From an uncultured bacterium (GTDB taxonomy: Bacteria; Babelota; Babeliae; Babelales; Vermiphilaceae): 64,000 nt of DNA. The stretch is from the NCBI GenBank assembly GCA_963702025.1, contig OY969699.1, positions 384,001 through 448,000 on the forward strand, read 5' to 3'. Made by a program: the position numbers and the translations under genes. The notes under the pieces were generated by a model, which worked only from the letters and a program-made list of their open reading frames with translations, was not told the DNA's origin and made no database searches. Positions 9,843-19,082 of this stretch are shown in pieces. Within the stretch, counting starts at the first letter, position 1. Every line of letters starts with the position of its first letter.

Positions 9843-10811
9843 TTAAACCAGCTTCCGGCTCAAAAAAAACGCTTTTACCTTCTCATTTTGCGCATAATCA
9901 GCAGGAGTTTTTTTATATTTATCTTCTAAAGAGCAGTCTGCCCCTTGTTCAAGCAAATACTCAATTACCTTAAGGTTTGGAGGCCAATGATACATTTTCT
10001 CTTCTTCCATTTTTTCAACTATTATATGCAATGGCGTGAGTCCATCTTTATTCTGCGCGTCAACATCCGCACCCGCTTTACACAGTAATCGTATACTATC
10101 AAAATAAAAGTATCTGCATGCCTTGTGCAGAGCTGTTTCTTTATGTATATCGCATGCATTACTATTGGCACCATTTTTTAGGAGCCAAATAATAGCTTTT
10201 TTTCTGATCTGTGTGTTTCCTAATGCCATCCAAATGAGTGGTGTTTCATTATAGAGATTACGTGCCTCTATGTTGGCACCATACTGCTTAAGTATATCAG
10301 CAGCTTTTGTATCTCCTTGGAGTAAGCAATGAAAAAGTGCGGTATTGTCAAGCATGGCATCGTCAGGATAATTCACATCCGCAATACCTTTTTCAAGCAG
10401 TGATTTTATGAGTGCTACTTTAGTTTCCTCTACCATCGCATAAGACATGGCTAAATTCAAAAGGACTCTATTATCAATCTTGATAATATCAGACTGAATT
10501 TTTGTATAGTGCTTACCTAATTTTATAATCGGATAACTAAGAGATAGATTTAGGAGAGCTATCAAAGGCATGGGCGCAATCTCTGAACTGATAACTACGA
10601 AATTTGCCAACCCTATTCCGGCACAAAAAAATGTGCCGGCTAAAATCATGCCCTCTTTATCATGCTTAAAAAGAAATTTTGCAGCCTGAGCATAATTATA
10701 GGCTTCTTGCGCATATTCATGAATCATTTTTTTAGTATTATCAGATAAAAAATTCATACCAAAAAAATGTGTTGGCAGTATCAATAATAAAATAAAAATG
10801 CTTTTTTTCAT
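9843..10811 (-). CDS. Ankyrin repeat protein with signal peptide and TM hairpin
   Basis: ETPLIW, ETALHKA, GLTPLH and GADVDAQN repeats. Confidence 0.85.
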   Translation of the reverse strand: MKKSIFILLLILPTHFFGMNFLSDNTKKMIHEYAQEAYNYAQAAKFLFKHDKEGMILAGTFFCAGIGLANFVVISSEIAPMPLIALLNLSLSYPIIKLGKHYTKIQSDIIKIDNRVLLNLAMSYAMVEETKVALIKSLLEKGIADVNYPDDAMLDNTALFHCLLQGDTKAADILKQYGANIEARNLYNETPLIWMALGNTQIRKKAIIWLLKNGANSNACDIHKETALHKACRYFYFDSIRLLCKAGADVDAQNKDGLTPLHIIVEKMEEEKMYHWPPNLKVIEYLLEQGADCSLEDKYKKTPADYAQNEKVKAFFLSRKLV

Positions 10812-11584
10812 GAATCTTTAAATTTTAAGAATTTTTTTGCTTCTTCTAATGTCTGCGGGCTGGCATAAGCCGGCGGATTCTTTTTGTGAATATCTTTAAT
10901 TGATAATATAGCCCCCTGCCTGTTAAGCACTTCAATTAAATCAATATTACCTGTTTTAAATGCATAATGTGACGCAGTTTTGAACTCTGCGTTTTGTGCA
11001 TTTACATTTGCGCCATTATTCAGTAGCCAGTGAATGCCAGTTTTGACCTCCTGTGTAGTATGCATTTGAGAGAGTGTGATAAGCGCTGGCTCTTCATCGT
11101 TTGACGTTATATTAACTGGCGCATTGTATGCTTTAAGAAGATTTGCTATTTCAATATTGCCAGTTTTAAGTGCTGCTTTTAAGCATCGGTGACCGTAATC
11201 ATTATTGAGATTAGTAAATTCATTATTTAATAATTTTTTTAATTCCCCAATTTGTTGACGAGCGGTACTACCATAGATTTGTAAGTGTAAATCTTTAATA
11301 TATTGCTGCTTGGCATGAATTCCCATGTCTGCCCAAATATAGGAAAATAGACTAGAACTAACCAAAAAAAATGAAATTTCTAAGTAAGGTTCGGCAGGAT
11401 GTACAGAAATGGCCTTAGAAAGAACGGCTAAAAGTATATAAGAGAAAAAAGTATTGCTGAAAGACTTTTTACAATTAAAGGCAAAGCCGTCTTTTAGATC
11501 TCTCCATGTTATTTTTTTAGTATTTTCCATGCTTGCCGATGGCAAAAAGAAAATTAATGGCAATAGCCAGGTATAATGCTTCAT
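10808..11584 (-). CDS. Ankyrin repeat protein with signal peptide and TM hairpin
   Basis: LLNNGANVNAQN and TASHYA motifs. AAGGAG RBS before MKHY. Confidence 0.8.
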   Translation of the reverse strand: MKHYTWLLPLIFFLPSASMENTKKITWRDLKDGFAFNCKKSFSNTFFSYILLAVLSKAISVHPAEPYLEISFFLVSSSLFSYIWADMGIHAKQQYIKDLHLQIYGSTARQQIGELKKLLNNEFTNLNNDYGHRCLKAALKTGNIEIANLLKAYNAPVNITSNDEEPALITLSQMHTTQEVKTGIHWLLNNGANVNAQNAEFKTASHYAFKTGNIDLIEVLNRQGAILSIKDIHKKNPPAYASPQTLEEAKKFLKFKDS

Positions 11585-11598
11585 CAGTTTACTCCTTT

Positions 11599-12312
11599 TC
11601 AAACTCCGGCGATGAAATTTTTGATGGAAGGATAGGCACTTGGATTTCTTGAAAGCTCAGCCGAGGGCGCAGTTTCAATAATTTTGCCATCTTTCATGAG
11701 ATAAATGGTACAATCCAAACGTTCTAAAAGAGATGTGTCATGGGTGGCTACCAAAACAATGTACCCTTCTTTGGCTAGTTCTTGAATAATATTTGCAACG
11801 TAGGCAGTGAGCAATGGATCCAATGCGGATGTTGGCTCGTCAAGGCAAATAACTTTTGGTTTAAGCGCCAGGGTCCGCGCAAGCGCGAGCCGTTGCTTTT
11901 GGCCCCCTGATAGATCTGCCGGATAGGCATTTGCTTTATCAGCGAGCCCATAATGAGCAAGGAGTTGCAGTGCAATTGCTTGAGCCTCTTTTTTTGTTTT
12001 GTGGAGTGCCAGCTCGAGTGCTAAGGTAATATTCTCTTCAACGGTTAAATGATCGAATAAATTAAAGTTTTGAAAAACAAAACCAACCGTGTGTGTTTGA
12101 TTTACGGTGCTTAATACTAGTGGTTTATTATTTAATTCAAATGATCCGGCGTCAACGGTATCAAGGTTATTTAGAATGCGCAATAATGTTGATTTGCCAA
12201 CTCCTGACGCGCCGAGCAAAACGGCAATTTCTCCCTTTTTTACCTCAAGAGAGATATCGTTCAAAATAAGTTTTTGGCCAAAACGTTTGGTGACTTGGTT
12301 AATTCTTAACAT
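11599..12312 (-). CDS. Polar amino acid ABC transporter ATP-binding protein (GlnQ-like)
   Basis: GASGVGKST, LSGGQKQR and DEPTSALDP. Confidence 0.92.
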   Translation of the reverse strand: MLRINQVTKRFGQKLILNDISLEVKKGEIAVLLGASGVGKSTLLRILNNLDTVDAGSFELNNKPLVLSTVNQTHTVGFVFQNFNLFDHLTVEENITLALELALHKTKKEAQAIALQLLAHYGLADKANAYPADLSGGQKQRLALARTLALKPKVICLDEPTSALDPLLTAYVANIIQELAKEGYIVLVATHDTSLLERLDCTIYLMKDGKIIETAPSAELSRNPSAYPSIKNFIAGV

Positions 12313-12958
12313 GACGATTCATCCTTTGTTCAAGCCAATTAATGAAAATTGAGAGTGTAGTGGTTATAACTAAATAAACGAGCGCGACTGCGGCAAACGA
12401 GCTGATTGCATCAAAAGTGCGACTTCGAATAAAGTTGCCCTCTTTGGTCAATTCAACAACACCAATTAACGAGGCCAAACTTGAATCTTTAATAAGGGTA
12501 ACAAATTCATTGCCCAATGCCGGAATCACTACTCTAAATGCTTGGGGTAAAATAATAAAACGGGTTATTTGAATTGTAGAAAGTCCTAAAACTTTGCCTG
12601 CCTCAATTTGGCCCTTATCTACCGATTTAATGCCGGCTCGAATAATCTGGCTCACATATGCTGCGCTGTTGAGACCAATAATGATTATGGCAATCCAAAA
12701 CGGCGCAAGATTAATGCCCAGTTGCGGAAAGATAAAGGGGGCAAATATAATTTGAATGAGCATTGGCGTTCCGCGAACAATAGTAACGTAGAGGGTTATT
12801 AACCAACGCAAGATTCTACTTTTACTTGTTTGACCAAGCGCTAAGAGGGTGCCCAAAAGTATCCCGATGGTGGCCCCAAGGCCGGCGATCTCTAAGGTAA
12901 CAATTGCGCCGCGAATAAGAAGGGGGATTGAGTCTTTAATAAGTTGAAAATCTATCAT
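12299..12958 (-). CDS. Polar amino acid ABC transporter permease
   Basis: RGTPMLIQ, GQIEAG and LIKDSSL. Start reassigned to MIDFQ. Confidence 0.92.
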   Translation of the reverse strand: MIDFQLIKDSIPLLIRGAIVTLEIAGLGATIGILLGTLLALGQTSKSRILRWLITLYVTIVRGTPMLIQIIFAPFIFPQLGINLAPFWIAIIIIGLNSAAYVSQIIRAGIKSVDKGQIEAGKVLGLSTIQITRFIILPQAFRVVIPALGNEFVTLIKDSSLASLIGVVELTKEGNFIRSRTFDAISSFAAVALVYLVITTTLSIFINWLEQRMNRHVKN

Positions 12959-13027
12959 TGTTTTCCTGTAAATTATACGATACCTTAATAGCCTAGTTAA
13001 ATTCTGATTATTTTTAAAGAACTGATT

Positions 13028-13300
13028 ATGGTAATAGTAAAAACCAAGCCTACATTTAAACAAAGAGTTTTAGATATTGTTGCCCAAATTCCTGAGGGTA
13101 AAACAGTAACCTATGCCCAAGTTGCCCAGCTTGCAGGTAGCCCCGGCGCTTTTCGCGCTGTTGGCACCATCATGAGCAAAAATTATGACCCTGCAATCCC
13201 CTGCCATCGAGTGATTCGCTCTGATGGAACTTTGGGCGGCTACAATCGGGGAGGCATTGCAAAAAAGCAAGAAATCCTAAACGCAGAAAAGTTAAAGTAA
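13028..13300 (+). CDS. MGMT family methylated-DNA--protein-cysteine methyltransferase (single domain)
   Basis: IPEGKTVTY, RAVG and the PCHRV active site. Confidence 0.88.
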   Translation: MVIVKTKPTFKQRVLDIVAQIPEGKTVTYAQVAQLAGSPGAFRAVGTIMSKNYDPAIPCHRVIRSDGTLGGYNRGGIAKKQEILNAEKLK

Positions 13301-13408
13301 TCTTCCGATAATTTTTTTCATAAGTGAATAATTGTTCGGAATTTTTTCTTGAAGCAAAGATGCAATAGCTTCATTATAACTATGGGAAGTAAGATTGCGA
13401 TCGGTGAT
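13292..13408 (-). pseudogene. C-terminal remnant of an HI0074-like HEPN toxin
   Basis: Minus frame reads ITDRNLTSHSYNEAIASLLQEKIPNNYSLMKKIIGRLL* (Rx4H motif). It is out of frame with the ATG at 13413 and the N-terminal part is absent. Confidence 0.75.
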
Positions 13409-13697
13409 TCCATGCAATGCCCTCTTTTTGAATCGAAGCTTTCATATCATTGTTTATGCGATGCATGTCGACCACTTCAATTTTGTAGGGAATATTGGTT
13501 GCTTGGAATATGCTCATTATTTCATCAATGGCTGTTAAAGCCAGTGGCATGCCTGCATCGATTGCAATATCAATATCGGACCATTTGCTTGCAGTTCCTC
13601 GTGCCCGTGACCCAAAAAGATAAATTTTTACCTGCGGCAATAATGCATTGATAATATTAATAATTTTGTGTTTTGTTTCATTATCAATAGTATTCAT
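13380..13697 (-). CDS. Minimal nucleotidyltransferase (MNT antitoxin-like)
   Basis: YLFGSRARG and SDIDIAI motifs. Confidence 0.88.
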   Translation of the reverse strand: MNTIDNETKHKIINIINALLPQVKIYLFGSRARGTASKWSDIDIAIDAGMPLALTAIDEIMSIFQATNIPYKIEVVDMHRINNDMKASIQKEGIAWNHRSQSYFP

Positions 13698-13707
13698 ATT
13701 TTCCTTG

Positions 13708-14472
13708 TTATTCTAACCACTTCTTTTTGAGCATTTCCAATGTGCCGTCAGCAGCAATTTCATCAAGCGCTTTTTGAATCGGTTCTAGCAGTTCAGGATA
13801 TTTTTTTGAAATGGCAATCGCGTATTCATCGCTGGTAGTGGGAATTTCGGCCAATGAAAATTTTTCTTTACCATAATGATCAATAAATGATTTTATGCTG
13901 CTGCGCGCGGCAACAAATGCATCAACACTCTTATTCTCAAGTGCCATAAACGCTTCAATAGGTGCGGCATATCGAACAAGTTCCGGCCCTTCAACCTTGG
14001 CCATATAATAATCAGCGGTGAAACCTTCATTCACAGCAACTTTTTTTCCCTTTAGTTGTTCAAGCGTGGTGAGTGGCTTGCTTGCCGGGCTAATAATCAA
14101 AAGTGGGTCACCTTGAATGTAGGGCTTAGTGAAATGTATGCGCAATGCGCGATCGGGCGTCGGTGTTAAACCGGCGCCAATTACTTGGATTGAGCCGATT
14201 TGCAGTGCCGGAATCAACGCATCAAATGCCATGTCGCGCAATTCAACTTTTTTGTTAAGACGTTTTGCAACTTCGTTAATAAGATCAATGTCAAAACCCA
14301 CAACCGCGCCATCTTGTATAAAGCTAAACGGTGCATATTCGCTATTTGTTCCAACAACAAGAATGTCATCATGCGCCGACGCATGAGCCGATGGCTCTCG
14401 GTGCGCCAAAAACCAAATAGCAAAGATACTGCCTAGCAAAGAGAGTGCTACGATAGGAACTATTTTATTCAT
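13708..14472 (-). CDS. Amino acid ABC transporter substrate-binding protein (family 3)
   Basis: YAPFSF, GFDIDL and FTKPY. Confidence 0.92.
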   Translation of the reverse strand: MNKIVPIVALSLLGSIFAIWFLAHREPSAHASAHDDILVVGTNSEYAPFSFIQDGAVVGFDIDLINEVAKRLNKKVELRDMAFDALIPALQIGSIQVIGAGLTPTPDRALRIHFTKPYIQGDPLLIISPASKPLTTLEQLKGKKVAVNEGFTADYYMAKVEGPELVRYAAPIEAFMALENKSVDAFVAARSSIKSFIDHYGKEKFSLAEIPTTSDEYAIAISKKYPELLEPIQKALDEIAADGTLEMLKKKWLE

Positions 14473-14485
14473 AAATAACCTTTAA

Positions 14486-15250
14486 TTAGTAAAGCGGAGG
14501 CGCTGATGGCGCATAGGCAACAACGTTTTGTACTGCTTGATTAATGGACGCGCGTAATTTCTTTTTATCTACTTTGCTGCGACACAAAGGGCAGTTTGCC
14601 TTATTTTCCGTGAAAAACCAACGTTCGGCACAATCAACGCAGATATCATGGCCGCATGGGGTAAGAAATACCCGAGTTACTTCATTAAAACTTTCCATAC
14701 ATACGCAGCAATCTGATGATGGATAATATTGTTGTGCAGGTGAAGAAGATGCAGAACTTGGCTTTTCATTCTGGAGTGATTGATAAATTTTTATATACAA
14801 ATCCTGGCCAATGTAGCCGCTAAAAATTCCTTGTTCTAGATATGTTGATTGCATGCACTGATAAACCAGCCAATCATAAATATCTTGCGCTATTTTACGC
14901 GCTTTTATTTGATTGGTTAACTCTTTGGCAAAGTAATAGGCTTCCTCTTTAATAAAATCAAGTATTATGCCAAGCATTAATTGGTCAACATAATCCACCG
15001 GATATTCTTTTTCATATGAAAAGGAGCTCCAGTTCCAGGCAAGTTCATAATTGTTTGAAATGCCAATTTCATTTTTTACAGCATTACCAACATTAAATAA
15101 CCGTGGGTTAGTATGATTGGGATAAAACCAATATTCAAGACATTGGGTGGTGTAACTAGCGATATATCTTTCCGGTATTGTTTTGGCTGCAGCATAACTG
15201 TTAAAAATTGCGGGAGCAAAAAATAGCAATAACAAAGTACTAGAGCGCAT
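14486..15250 (-). CDS. Secreted C3HC4 RING finger protein (eukaryote-like E3 candidate)
   Basis: CVC...PCGHDICVDC...W...CPLCR, signal peptide, C-terminal PSAPPLY. Confidence 0.85.
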   Translation of the reverse strand: MRSSTLLLLFFAPAIFNSYAAAKTIPERYIASYTTQCLEYWFYPNHTNPRLFNVGNAVKNEIGISNNYELAWNWSSFSYEKEYPVDYVDQLMLGIILDFIKEEAYYFAKELTNQIKARKIAQDIYDWLVYQCMQSTYLEQGIFSGYIGQDLYIKIYQSLQNEKPSSASSSPAQQYYPSSDCCVCMESFNEVTRVFLTPCGHDICVDCAERWFFTENKANCPLCRSKVDKKKLRASINQAVQNVVAYAPSAPPLY

Positions 15251-15344
15251 AATAGTGTTCCTTTAAAAAAGTAATTTTCATGATGAAGCAAGTCTAATAC
15301 CCCGAATGCCATGGGTCAAGGATTAAAATAAAAGGGGGTGTTAT

Positions 15345-16331
15345 TCAAAAAAGAATGCTTACTCCCGGCAGTGCGGTGCGGAGCATTGTTTTAGTTTCTT
15401 TACTTAATGGATTGTAGCGAAGATCAAGCAATTGCAAGTTAGTGAGTCCAGCCAAAGCTTTTCCATGAATTTGTTGAATTTTATTGTTGCCAAGATTAAG
15501 CACTTCCAAGTTAGCAAGTCCAGCGAAAGCCTGAGCATCAATTTGCTGAATTTGGTTATTGCTAAGATAAAGCCATTCCAAGTTATTTAGTCCGGCGAAA
15601 GCTTCCGCAGGAATTTGTTGAATCTCATTGTCGTGCAGATGAAGAAGCTTGATTGTTTCTTTATTGGGAATATTTTCTAAACCTGCAAGATTATTGATTG
15701 CTAAATGAGACAAATCAAGCACCCCATTTTTGTTGACCTGAATTTGCTGCGGCCGATAATCAAGATAATCTTGGATAGAAAAACCAAAGCTGCCGGGTAT
15801 CTGGTCCCACTTAATTTCTTTGCCGCTGAGCAGATAAGTGTAAATGCTGTTTTTAACGGCGGTTCCCAGTTCGCCAGTGCCTATTTTCTTCACAACTGTT
15901 TCAGTCAATTTCTCATCAGCAAGAATTCTTGAAGCAGCGAATGTCAGTGCAATTTTTAAATCAAGAAAGTCGGCTGCCTTAATAAAGGCAATCAAATCAT
16001 TGATTTTCACTTCTTTATCAACGGCATCGAGTAGTAGCTTATCGCCTTTTAAATCTTTGTGAAGGTAAACTGACCACATAAAAGCCGCAATATCTTGCAG
16101 TGTTTTGCTTGGGATATCTTTAAATTCAACTCTTTTTGCAGTTGCTTCTTGCCCGCCCATGGCAAGAAGATCTTTTATTTGCTCACTTTGCAAAGCTATC
16201 TCTTCAGGTGCCTGGAATTCTTGATTGTCGGGCCCAACAAGAGTAATCACTTGCGCCTGTTTCTCCATGCCAATGATATTAAAGCCTGTTGCAAGGCAGA
16301 TGAGGGCTACTAATAACTGTTTTCTTAACAT
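15345..16331 (-). CDS. Secreted Skp1/BTB-POZ-like + LRR protein (copy 1)
   Basis: ITLVGPDNQEF...IALQSEQIKDLL...IPSKTL...IKAADFLDL resembles Skp1. 24-aa LRRs follow. Confidence 0.8.
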   Translation of the reverse strand: MLRKQLLVALICLATGFNIIGMEKQAQVITLVGPDNQEFQAPEEIALQSEQIKDLLAMGGQEATAKRVEFKDIPSKTLQDIAAFMWSVYLHKDLKGDKLLLDAVDKEVKINDLIAFIKAADFLDLKIALTFAASRILADEKLTETVVKKIGTGELGTAVKNSIYTYLLSGKEIKWDQIPGSFGFSIQDYLDYRPQQIQVNKNGVLDLSHLAINNLAGLENIPNKETIKLLHLHDNEIQQIPAEAFAGLNNLEWLYLSNNQIQQIDAQAFAGLANLEVLNLGNNKIQQIHGKALAGLTNLQLLDLRYNPLSKETKTMLRTALPGVSILF

Positions 16332-16364
16332 GATTTCACCTAAAAAATGGTAAAAATATCAATA

Positions 16365-17351
16365 TCAAAATTCAATATATACTTCCGGTAGTGCAGTGCG
16401 GAGCATTGTTTTAGTTTCCTCGCTTAAAGGATTGTTGTGAAGATAAAGCCATTGCAAGATATTAAGCTCTGCAAAAGCTTGCGCAGGAATTTGTCGAATT
16501 TGATTGCTGGAAAGATAAAGCATTTGCAAGTTATTAAGTCCGACAAAAGCTTGCGCAGAAATTTGTTGAATTTGATTGCTGGAAAGATAAAGCCCTCCTA
16601 AATTATTAAGTCCGGCAAAAGCCTGTGCAGGAATTTGTTTAATTCGATTCTCGCCAAGATCAAGATCTTCGATTGTTTCTTTTTTAGGAATGTTTTGCAA
16701 GCCTGCAAGATTATTGATTGCTAAATTTCTCAAATTAAGCCGTCCATAGTCATTAATCTGGAATACTTGCGGGCGATAATCAAGATAATCCTGAACAGAA
16801 AAACCAAAGCTGCCGGATATCTGGTCCCACTTAATTTCTTTGCCGCTGAGCAGATAAGTGTAAATGCTGTTTTTAACGGCGGTTCCCAGTTCGCCAGTGC
16901 CTATTTTCTTCACAACTGTTTCAGTCAATTTCTCATCAGCAAGAATTCTTGAAGCAGCGAATGTCAGTGCAATTTTTAAATCAAGAAAGTCGGCTGCCTT
17001 AATAAAGGCAATCAAATCATTGATTTTCACTTCTTTATCAACGGCATCGAGTAGTAGCTTATCGCCTTTTAAATCTTTGTGAAGGTAAACTGACCACATA
17101 AAAGCCGCAATATCTTGCAGTGTTTTGCTTGGGATGTTTTTAAATTCAATTCTTTTTGCAGTTGCTTCCTGCCCGCCCATGGCAAGAAGATCTTTTATTT
17201 GCTCACTTTGCAAAGCTATCTCTTCAGGTGCCTGGAATTCTTGATTGTCGGGACCAACAAGAGTAATCACTTGCGCCTGTTTCTCCATGCTAATGATATT
17301 TAAACCTGCCGCAAGGCAGATGAGGGCTACTAATAACTGTTTTCTTAACAT
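16365..17351 (-). CDS. Secreted Skp1/BTB-POZ-like + LRR protein (copy 2, tandem paralog)
   Basis: N-terminal part nearly identical to copy 1; LRRs divergent. Confidence 0.8.
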   Translation of the reverse strand: MLRKQLLVALICLAAGLNIISMEKQAQVITLVGPDNQEFQAPEEIALQSEQIKDLLAMGGQEATAKRIEFKNIPSKTLQDIAAFMWSVYLHKDLKGDKLLLDAVDKEVKINDLIAFIKAADFLDLKIALTFAASRILADEKLTETVVKKIGTGELGTAVKNSIYTYLLSGKEIKWDQISGSFGFSVQDYLDYRPQVFQINDYGRLNLRNLAINNLAGLQNIPKKETIEDLDLGENRIKQIPAQAFAGLNNLGGLYLSSNQIQQISAQAFVGLNNLQMLYLSSNQIRQIPAQAFAELNILQWLYLHNNPLSEETKTMLRTALPEVYIEF

Positions 17352-17619
17352 GATTTCTCCCAAAAATGATCAACATATATTGTCTACTTGTAATAATAAC
17401 AGGATGGCTTCAATAAAGTCAATTACAATTAGAAATAAATAGTTAAAAAGTGCTGTAATAGAGGGGTATTTAGCGCTAATGCCCCGATAGCCAGGATTCA
17501 GTGAAAATACGTGTCTCTTTGGGGGGGTAAGCGCTTTACCGCTAAAATGTATTGTTTTACGATTACTGGCTTTGATAAAATATTGATAAGAAATTAGGGT
17601 TAATAAAAGGGGTTGGCCA

Positions 17620-19062
17620 ATGAAAAGTACTGTGCGATTGTTAGCATTATTCAGCGTAGGGGCATGCAATCTTTCTTGCATGGAAATGCCAAAAAAACTT
17701 ATGACACAAGAAGTTGCTATAAGAAGTCCTGAGCAAGTGCTTGAGGCAGGAAAACCAATACATTTTTCTCCTGAGTCTAACCGGCAAAATAATATCGGTG
17801 TAACAGAAAAAAACGTTATGGGGCTCACGAGCGAGATCTTTAATGAAGTATTATTAAAGCAGCTTCAAAAAAGAGGATTTCAAGGAGAAATTACCAATCA
17901 AAGTGAGCCGACGGTCCTTATATTTTCCGAATTGGATCGCTTAAAGGCAAATGTTATTAGTGAAAGAAGTCACATAAAAACCTATTTTCAATCATATATA
18001 GATTTTGTGACACAAAAAGCAAAAGAGTTTGTGCGGCAGAATAAAAAAGTTATCGTAATTAATTTTTGGTACAAATATGATGCCGATTCTCTGCGCTTTA
18101 TTCAACAAAATGGCCGCTGGAATAGAATTGCCGAAAGATTGCAAACTCATCCCAATAAACGATTTGTGCAAGATTATCCTCGCTTAGTAGAAAGATTGCT
18201 AACCCCCGAAGGGTTGCGCGAGCATGCCAAAATACTCGATTATTTTAAAGAAGAAACGGCAGCGCTTTCACCGCAAGGCATTCATATGTTTTATTTTGAG
18301 TTCCCCATTCCAAATGTGGTGATTCCTCCAAATGAATCGGATTATCCCTATTTTAAGAAAGAATTCGATCAATCCAATTATAATGCTTTAGAAATGACCC
18401 GCTTGGTTAATTTACTGCTGCAAGAATCTGCTAAAAAGGCTCCTCGCCCGCAAGTACCACCGCGCCCTGAAGAGCGGCCGTTGATGCCACCGCCCGTGCC
18501 GCCACGGGAGGCCGCTGCGCCACAAATTGGCAAAGAGCTTTCAGCGGAGCAATTGGCCGAGCAGATTAAAAAAATTCAATCAGAGCTTCGCAAGCTTACC
18601 CTGCAAGCCGGAAAAAGACCGAATCCTGAGGATGCACTAAAAATTGCTCAGTTTACACAGGTAACAAGCGAATTGGAAAAAGAACTTATTGCGCGAGAAA
18701 AAATGGCGCAACCACAACCAAAGAAAATAGCACCGGCGATCAAACCACCCGAAGAGGTTCAGCGGCCAGAACCGGAAAAAGAGGCGGAAGAAAGCGCTTT
18801 GGCTAAACAATTAAAAGAAAGAAAGAGCGGATTAAGAAAAACGCCTGAATTGGAAGGAATAAGACCATCAAAACAGCAAGAATGGGAAAGTATGAATGCC
18901 CAAACATTGGAAAAGGAGCTTTCTTATCTTAATCAACAGTATACGAAATTGATTTTTGCAGGAGGAAGTGGCACTGCTCAGGCAAAACAACTCGAGGCTG
19001 ATATTAACTTTGTGCAAGCGCTATTAAAAAAGATTTCACCGGTAAATGAATTTGAGTGGTGA
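17620..19062 (+). CDS. Secreted proline-rich/coiled-coil protein with a WH2-like motif
   Basis: SP|MEM, PPPVPPR, ALAKQLKERKSGLRKT and C-terminal EFEW. Confidence 0.65.
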   Translation: MKSTVRLLALFSVGACNLSCMEMPKKLMTQEVAIRSPEQVLEAGKPIHFSPESNRQNNIGVTEKNVMGLTSEIFNEVLLKQLQKRGFQGEITNQSEPTVLIFSELDRLKANVISERSHIKTYFQSYIDFVTQKAKEFVRQNKKVIVINFWYKYDADSLRFIQQNGRWNRIAERLQTHPNKRFVQDYPRLVERLLTPEGLREHAKILDYFKEETAALSPQGIHMFYFEFPIPNVVIPPNESDYPYFKKEFDQSNYNALEMTRLVNLLLQESAKKAPRPQVPPRPEERPLMPPPVPPREAAAPQIGKELSAEQLAEQIKKIQSELRKLTLQAGKRPNPEDALKIAQFTQVTSELEKELIAREKMAQPQPKKIAPAIKPPEEVQRPEPEKEAEESALAKQLKERKSGLRKTPELEGIRPSKQQEWESMNAQTLEKELSYLNQQYTKLIFAGGSGTAQAKQLEADINFVQALLKKISPVNEFEW

Positions 19063-19082
19063 GAAAATAATCCGGTTTTTTC

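Noticed and set aside
15345..17351. Diversity-generating retroelement behind the LRR variation
   Set aside because: No reverse transcriptase in the window, both copies are full genes, and the differences are not evidently adenine-specific.
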